Assembly (NCBI GenBank): GCA_054661495.1
Contig: BAAFSQ010000279.1
Span: forward strand, 1-13,106
DNA: 13,106 bases
Origin: Zygophlyctis sp. KS116
Lineage: Eukaryota > Fungi > Chytridiomycota
Direction: 5' to 3'
How positions within the stretch are numbered: the first letter of the stretch is position 1; every line of letters begins with the position of its first letter. The notes under the pieces are model-generated. The model did no database searches. It was not told where the DNA came from and saw only the letters and a program-made list of their open reading frames with translations. The position numbers and the translations under genes are program-made. Below, one piece after another: positions 8,649 through 13,106 of the stretch.

Positions 8649-9418
8649 AGACCTGAACAAAATTTTTAATGGCCTCTTGGAACTCGAAGGACTCAGATTT
8701 AGCAGCTGGTTGTCTTTCTTAATAAACTATTTCCTTTGTTTATTCTTTTTTTTTGATTTTAAGATCATAACTATCAGCTCTGGCCTATTTGGGCCAGCTA
8801 CATTCAATGTTCGCTAGATCAATTTAAAATTTCTTCAATTGTCCAAATCCTTTCCATAGAATTTGCATGCAAATGCATGATTTATAAAGACCAATTTGAT
8901 CAAGTTTTTGAAAGTTTTTACTTGTTTGAGTTCAATAATGATATAAAATTGATCATCATTCATCCAATTTAACGTCAAATGTCAGATTTAACTCATGATA
9001 CGTGCCAAAAATAGGTAGGGTTGATCCTTAAAAATATACATCATAAAAACATTTAACTGACATTATAAGGAAGGTCAACGAGCGTAAAACTCGTTAAATG
9101 TACGTAAAGTATAATAAATATAATATTACCTTTTTTCTGGAGTGGTTGTCATTTTTTTAGACCCTTGTAAAAAAACCCCGCGCTAGCCTAAAAAAATTAC
9201 AAACCTTATTTAAATAAACTCCGCCGTGGCTTGATTGATTACCCACAACACTAACCTTGTGTATTGAATAACCATCGGCCTGAACTGATCGTGCAATCAG
9301 TTAGTGAATGGGCTCATATCTTATTTGTTGATTGCATATTTGTGGCGAATAGATTGATATTAAGGTACCTCTATTTTTGGACTACTGTTATGTTTGCGCG
9401 TCTTAAAAATAAATATGG

Positions 9419-9787
9419 GTGTTATTGAAATATATTATTTTTCCTAATATAACCAGCACAATAATCGGTTGTCTGAATTCTATTCATTTAACAGCAAAAT
9501 CTTTGCCTAAAAGAGATCAAGAATTCATTCTCGAACAAGCCATTGATTTTATTCTAAGAGTCTTTGTGGAAGGTCGAGTGCGTGGAAAAGGGACACCATT
9601 AACGGTACAAGAAAGGCAGGAATATTACAACCGAATCGACTCCGAAGCTTTCATTGTACTTTTACTGGGCGTCGACTACAATTCTTTCGATCCTTTATGG
9701 GGGATATGGCTAGCCCTGATCGAATTGTATGAAAGAAAGAACACAACAAATGGAAATCCCTCCCATATAGTCATCCTGACCAAGTGA
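9419..9787 (+). CDS. Hypothetical protein or remnant of unknown family
   Basis: 122-codon open frame in AT-rich DNA with helical-looking sequence (RDQEFILEQAIDFILRVF, LTVQERQEYYNRI). GTG start only, no recognised domain. The last 25 codons lie inside the duplicated cassette. Confidence 0.3.
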   Translation: MLLKYIIFPNITSTIIGCLNSIHLTAKSLPKRDQEFILEQAIDFILRVFVEGRVRGKGTPLTVQERQEYYNRIDSEAFIVLLLGVDYNSFDPLWGIWLALIELYERKNTTNGNPSHIVILTK

Positions 9788-9999
9788 CGGTAAGGAGTTC
9801 TTGGTAGGCGAACCGATTCTACCACACCGACCCTTTTCGGGACGCTTTGCACTATAGGTGATCCTTCCCTCTACATCTTCCCCCAACTTGTTTAGCTGAC
9901 GTTCTCGTCAGAAAGTGCTAAACACGAAGATTTGATTTGAGATTAGATCAGTTTCGAGTGAAGCTGATGCGGCTATAATGGATTAACTTGCGATCACCT
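9712..9999. repeat. Structured cassette, copy 2
   Basis: 288-bp direct repeat of 8367-8648. Confidence 0.95.
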
Positions 10000-10006
10000 T
10001 CTCGTG

Positions 10007-10220
10007 TTCCATTGAGATCCCCATCGGTCAGTCAGAAATGCTTCCTTCAGTTGATCGAAGTAATAAACTACAAACTGTTTGCTGCAGGGGTAGGTCCTTG
10101 CGGAAACAGTATTTAATGAGACGATTGCGAGTGACGTAATTGTCATTTCCATTCATAACATAGTACGAAAGACCATTTGAATTCACAGTTTGGACAAACT
10201 CACCTAAGAAATCCAAGGGA
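10007..10220 (-). pseudogene. gag: Diverged antisense copy of the gag capsid segment 5105-5332
   Basis: LDFLGEFVQTVNSNGLSYYVMNGNDNYVTRNRLIKYCFRKDL matches the main ORF. Several synonymous changes and a ~14-bp deletion. Confidence 0.95.
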
Positions 10221-10538
10221 CGAGAGTTTGATTTCCTTAGGGTTATAGAGCGAAGAATTCCAAGAGAACGAGAAACACCAGGATGTTGAAAAGCAGTGTA
10301 CCCAAGAAAGAAGTGTAGATCGAATTACTAGACACCAGGGGTGACTATTTGGCAGTCTCTTCAGCGGCATTTTTGCCTGCTTTAATTTTATACATTGCGC
10401 CTCCAAATTATTTATTTGTTGTAGGGCGGCTTTATATTGTAGCCGTACTTCTTCTAGTACTTGCTGCATTTTTATATAATAGAGGAATTTTAACAATTGA
10501 CGGTTGTTGGCCTTATAGGAATTCAATAGATAGAGAAA

Positions 10539-10590
10539 CTTAAAGATTAGAACTTGACATATTATACTACCTTAAAGATTAAAACTTGAC
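10539..10590. repeat. 20-bp imperfect direct repeat
   Basis: CTTAAAGATTAGAACTTGAC (10539-10558) and CTTAAAGATTAAAACTTGAC (10571-10590), 12-bp spacer. Confidence 0.85.
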
Positions 10591-10821
10591 TTTAATTCCT
10601 CTAAAATGCGCGGTGACGTTTTGCTCTTTTAAAGTCAGTCGGAGCTAAGGCTACAGAGAGTGAGCGATCAAGACGTCGATCCGCAGGAGACAAAGAACCG
10701 TTGAGGACTTTATCCAAGATAGAACAAAGTGAATCAGAACCTTGAAGCGAAGCAAGAAGGAAATCGAAAAAGGAAAATACGGAGACAAAGGAGTAGAAGC
10801 AGAAGTAGTTTATGTCTATCC

Positions 10822-11032
10822 AATTTTTTACCAGAATTTGATAGTAACCGTTGATGAGATCAAGACTAGAAAAAAACTTAGAAGCAGCAGTGCTGCGTTG
10901 AATAATACCAAGATCGAGCAATTACTTAATGTGCTGTTTGACTTAAGGCACGAGAGAATAAGGAACACGATAAGGTCTTTGCCGAATATGTACATTCGAA
11001 GAAAGATTGATCGAATGTTCGACACCAGCAAT
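10822..11032 (-). pseudogene. pol: Ty3/Gypsy RT N-terminal fragment with internal deletion
   Basis: VEHSINLSSNVHIRQRPYRVPYSLVP*VKQHIK*LLDLGIIQRST joined directly to ASKFFSSLDLINGYYQILV. Confidence 0.9.
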
Positions 11033-11185
11033 TGTTAGGATTATAACTCACCTAAGAAATTTAAGATGATCATGAATAGTGGATCAATTTATAGGACAGA
11101 TTCTATAAATAGTAATTCTATAAATAGCATGCACTATAAATAGGAGAAAGAGTCTATAAATAATAGTCAATTAATTTGATAAAGT
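11033..11185 (+). mobile_element. Probable Copia LTR remnant
   Basis: Begins TGTTAGGA exactly where the Ty3 RT homology stops. Four CTATAAATA boxes. Followed by Copia gag, with no CA end or PBS visible. End boundary approximate. Confidence 0.55.
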
Positions 11186-11220
11186 TTAGTGAGCAAACAA
11201 AAGAAGAAGGAAACAAGAGG

Positions 11221-11548
11221 AAATATTGAAGATTAACAAGTTCAATGGATCGAACTGGTATGAATTTGAGAGTGATATGATGTATCACTTGATGGCTAAG
11301 AAGCTATGGGCTGTGGTGTCGAATCCTAAATCCAAGATGAAAAGCGTATTTTCGATAAGATAGCAGAAGAAACTTGGACAGACAGAAACATGCAAGCTAT
11401 CGGTATTATCGTAAGCCGAGTGGAGCAAGAATTAAGAGAATCTATAAGAGGGTTAGGAACTGCTTATGAAGTATGGGAGACATTAAAGGCATTAAGCGAG
11501 AATCAGTCTTCATTACTAACCTCAAGAGTGAGTTTAGAATGGGAAGGG
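11221..11548 (+). pseudogene. gag: Ty1/Copia gag N-terminal fragment, frameshifted
   Basis: KINKFNGSNWYEFESDMMYHLMAKKLWAVV (DUF4219-like), frameshift, then WTDRNMQAIGII...TAYEVWETLKAL (UBN2/Retrotran_gag_2-like). Confidence 0.9.
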
Positions 11549-11872
11549 ATCTTCGTCAGAACAGGCTTAAGACGAAGATTTAAGATTAGATCTAACCCTT
11601 ACACTCGGTATATGGATTCGTTGGCTTTAGACACTGGATCTAATGGATCAAAATGTATTTTCTAATAAATCATTTATTGATTATTATAGATTCCTGTCTG
11701 TATTGGCGGCTTCGCCACCAGTCACAGCGAATTCTTGAGGACTAGACAAATACTTTTCTGAGCTCTGTGATTCCATGAGATCGAAATACATAGGCTTCTT
11801 GATGAGTCTTGAACTTTAATTTGAGTAAATTTCTTGAGATCTGATACTTTTACAGACCCAATTTATCATTAT
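11221..11872. repeat. Chimeric 652-bp unit, copy 1 (Copia gag piece plus unrelated segment)
   Basis: Matches 11969-12620 at offset 748; two substitutions seen. Confidence 0.95.
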
Positions 11873-11968
11873 TCTCCTCTTTCTATTTTTTTGATAATGC
11901 ATCCAGCACTCTTGATCTGTCAACTCTAAATAGATTAAGTGCTAGACAGAGTCTGATTTGATCTTCTA

Positions 11969-12620
11969 AAATATTGAAGATTAACAAGTTCAATGGATCG
12001 AACTGGTATGAATTTGAAAGTGATATGATGTATCACTTGTTGGCTAAGAAGCTATGGGCTGTGGTGTCGAATCCTAAATCCAAGATGAAAAGCGTATTTT
12101 CGATAAGATAGCAGAAGAAACTTGGACAGACAGAAACATGCAAGCTATCGGTATTATCGTAAGCCGAGTGGAGCAAGAATTAAGAGAATCTATAAGAGGG
12201 TTAGGAACTGCTTATGAAGTATGGGAGACATTAAAGGCATTAAGCGAGAATCAGTCTTCATTACTAACCTCAAGAGTGAGTTTAGAATGGGAAGGGATCT
12301 TCGTCAGAACAGGCTTAAGACGAAGATTTAAGATTAGATCTAACCCTTACACTCGGTATATGGATTCGTTGGCTTTAGACACTGGATCTAATGGATCAAA
12401 ATGTATTTTCTAATAAATCATTTATTGATTATTATAGATTCCTGTCTGTATTGGCGGCTTCGCCACCAGTCACAGCGAATTCTTGAGGACTAGACAAATA
12501 CTTTTCTGAGCTCTGTGATTCCATGAGATCGAAATACATAGGCTTCTTGATGAGTCTTGAACTTTAATTTGAGTAAATTTCTTGAGATCTGATACTTTTA
12601 CAGACCCAATTTATCATTAT
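11969..12620. repeat. Chimeric 652-bp unit, copy 2
   Basis: Encodes the same 91-aa ORF (12138-12413 = 11390-11665). Differs from copy 1 at GAAAGT/GAGAGT and TTGTTGG/TTGATGG. Confidence 0.95.
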
Positions 12621-12958
12621 ACAACAAGCACAATTCATTCAGTTCAAATCAACCTAGACGAACCTACTACTAAACGTTACAGCTGAGCTGGCTGACTACG
12701 GCAATCTGAGGGGACTTGGTTTGTGTGGTTAGCATGATGTACTGGAGAGAGCCCGGGAAGAGTCGACTGGGTCTACCTTACGGTTGTTCTCCAAAGTAAA
12801 ATTCCGGCTTAGAAATAGGCACGCATTGAACTGCCTTTTAACCGGTTTACCTTCTTCTCTCTCTTTAGCTAATGACTGCAATGACAATTATATCAGGTTG
12901 ATTAACAATACGAACAATAACTCTGTATATCTAATTAAGTTCTACTAAAACAAGAAAT

Positions 12959-13106
12959 AATATTGAAGATTAACAAGTTCAATGGATCGAACTGGTATGA
13001 ATTTGAGAGTGATATGATGTATCACTTGATGGCTAAGAAGCTATGGGCTGTGGTGTCGAATCCTAAATCCAAGATGAAAAGCGTATTTTCGATAAGATAG
13101 CAGAAG
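12959..13106. repeat. Chimeric unit, copy 3 (runs off the window)
   Basis: Starts AATATTGAAGATTAAC and carries the copy-1 alleles at both variable sites. Confidence 0.95.

Noticed and set aside
8440-8650. Fanzor/TnpB omega-RNA
   Set aside because: No RuvC, Zn-ribbon or DxNAAxNI motifs seen in adjacent frames.
8780-8817. Helitron 3' terminus (CTGGCCT-ATTT-GGGCCAG hairpin, then CTAG)
   Set aside because: Spacing is longer than typical, CTAG is followed by A rather than T, and no linked Helitron sequence is adjacent.
2562-10543. ORFs 2562-2774, 10200-10526 and 10349-10543 as genes
   Set aside because: No recognisable motifs; 10200-10526 has a short coiled-coil-like stretch but crosses fragment junctions. 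Left unassigned.
93-10945. Repeat-induced point mutation (RIP)
   Set aside because: A few stops fit CAA to TAA but others look like GAA/AAA to TAA. The 2.2-kb ORF is intact and the near-identical repeats show no C-to-T excess.
714-11038. Short ORFs 714-899, 769-1011, 954-1142, 2844-3038, 5368-5589, 5645-5863, 7320-7697, 10742-11038, 10828-11031
   Set aside because: Antisense or alternative-frame shadows of identified TE coding fragments.
10197-11060. 16-bp identity AACTCACCTAAGAAAT at 10197-10212 and 11045-11060 as TSD or att site
   Set aside because: Each copy lies inside a different element rather than at a boundary; plausible by chance in AT-rich DNA.
12831-12846. U5 snRNA loop I-like TGCCTTTTAACC
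   Set aside because: Differs from the invariant GCCTTTTAC, with no convincing stem or Sm site.
11221-13106. CRISPR-like repeat-spacer array
   Set aside because: Repeats are 652-bp TE chimeras with irregular spacers, and there are no cas genes.

Overview
AT-rich eukaryotic DNA, most plausibly from an early-diverging fungus (inferred from the TE families, not proven). No intact host gene is recognisable; the window is a dense mosaic of truncated transposon pieces. In order: (1) the 5' end of a minus-strand LTR retrotransposon (178-bp LTR 430-607, tRNA-Ala-type PBS, decayed gag start); (2) two hAT transposase fragments; (3) two diverged, inverted copies of a probable Helitron-like element with palindromes and repeated CGGCAG motifs, flanking a Copia gag/protease scrap; (4) a plus-strand Ty3/Gypsy element (LTR-like leader, gag with two CHHC motifs plus a CCHC-like motif, protease, RT with YVDA instead of YVDD) truncated tail-to-tail against (5) a minus-strand Ty3 RT-thumb/RNase H fragment; (6) an unassigned region with a ~285-bp duplicated, strongly base-paired cassette at the 3' end of two unrelated ORFs; (7) an antisense gag copy and an internally deleted Ty3 RT fragment; (8) a Copia LTR remnant with four TATA boxes followed by a recently triplicated chimeric unit. 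The best candidates for something new are the structured cassette with its mini-derivative and the palindrome-bearing Helitron-like element with a possible 26/29-nt intron. All calls are from manual reading; no searches or folding programs were run.
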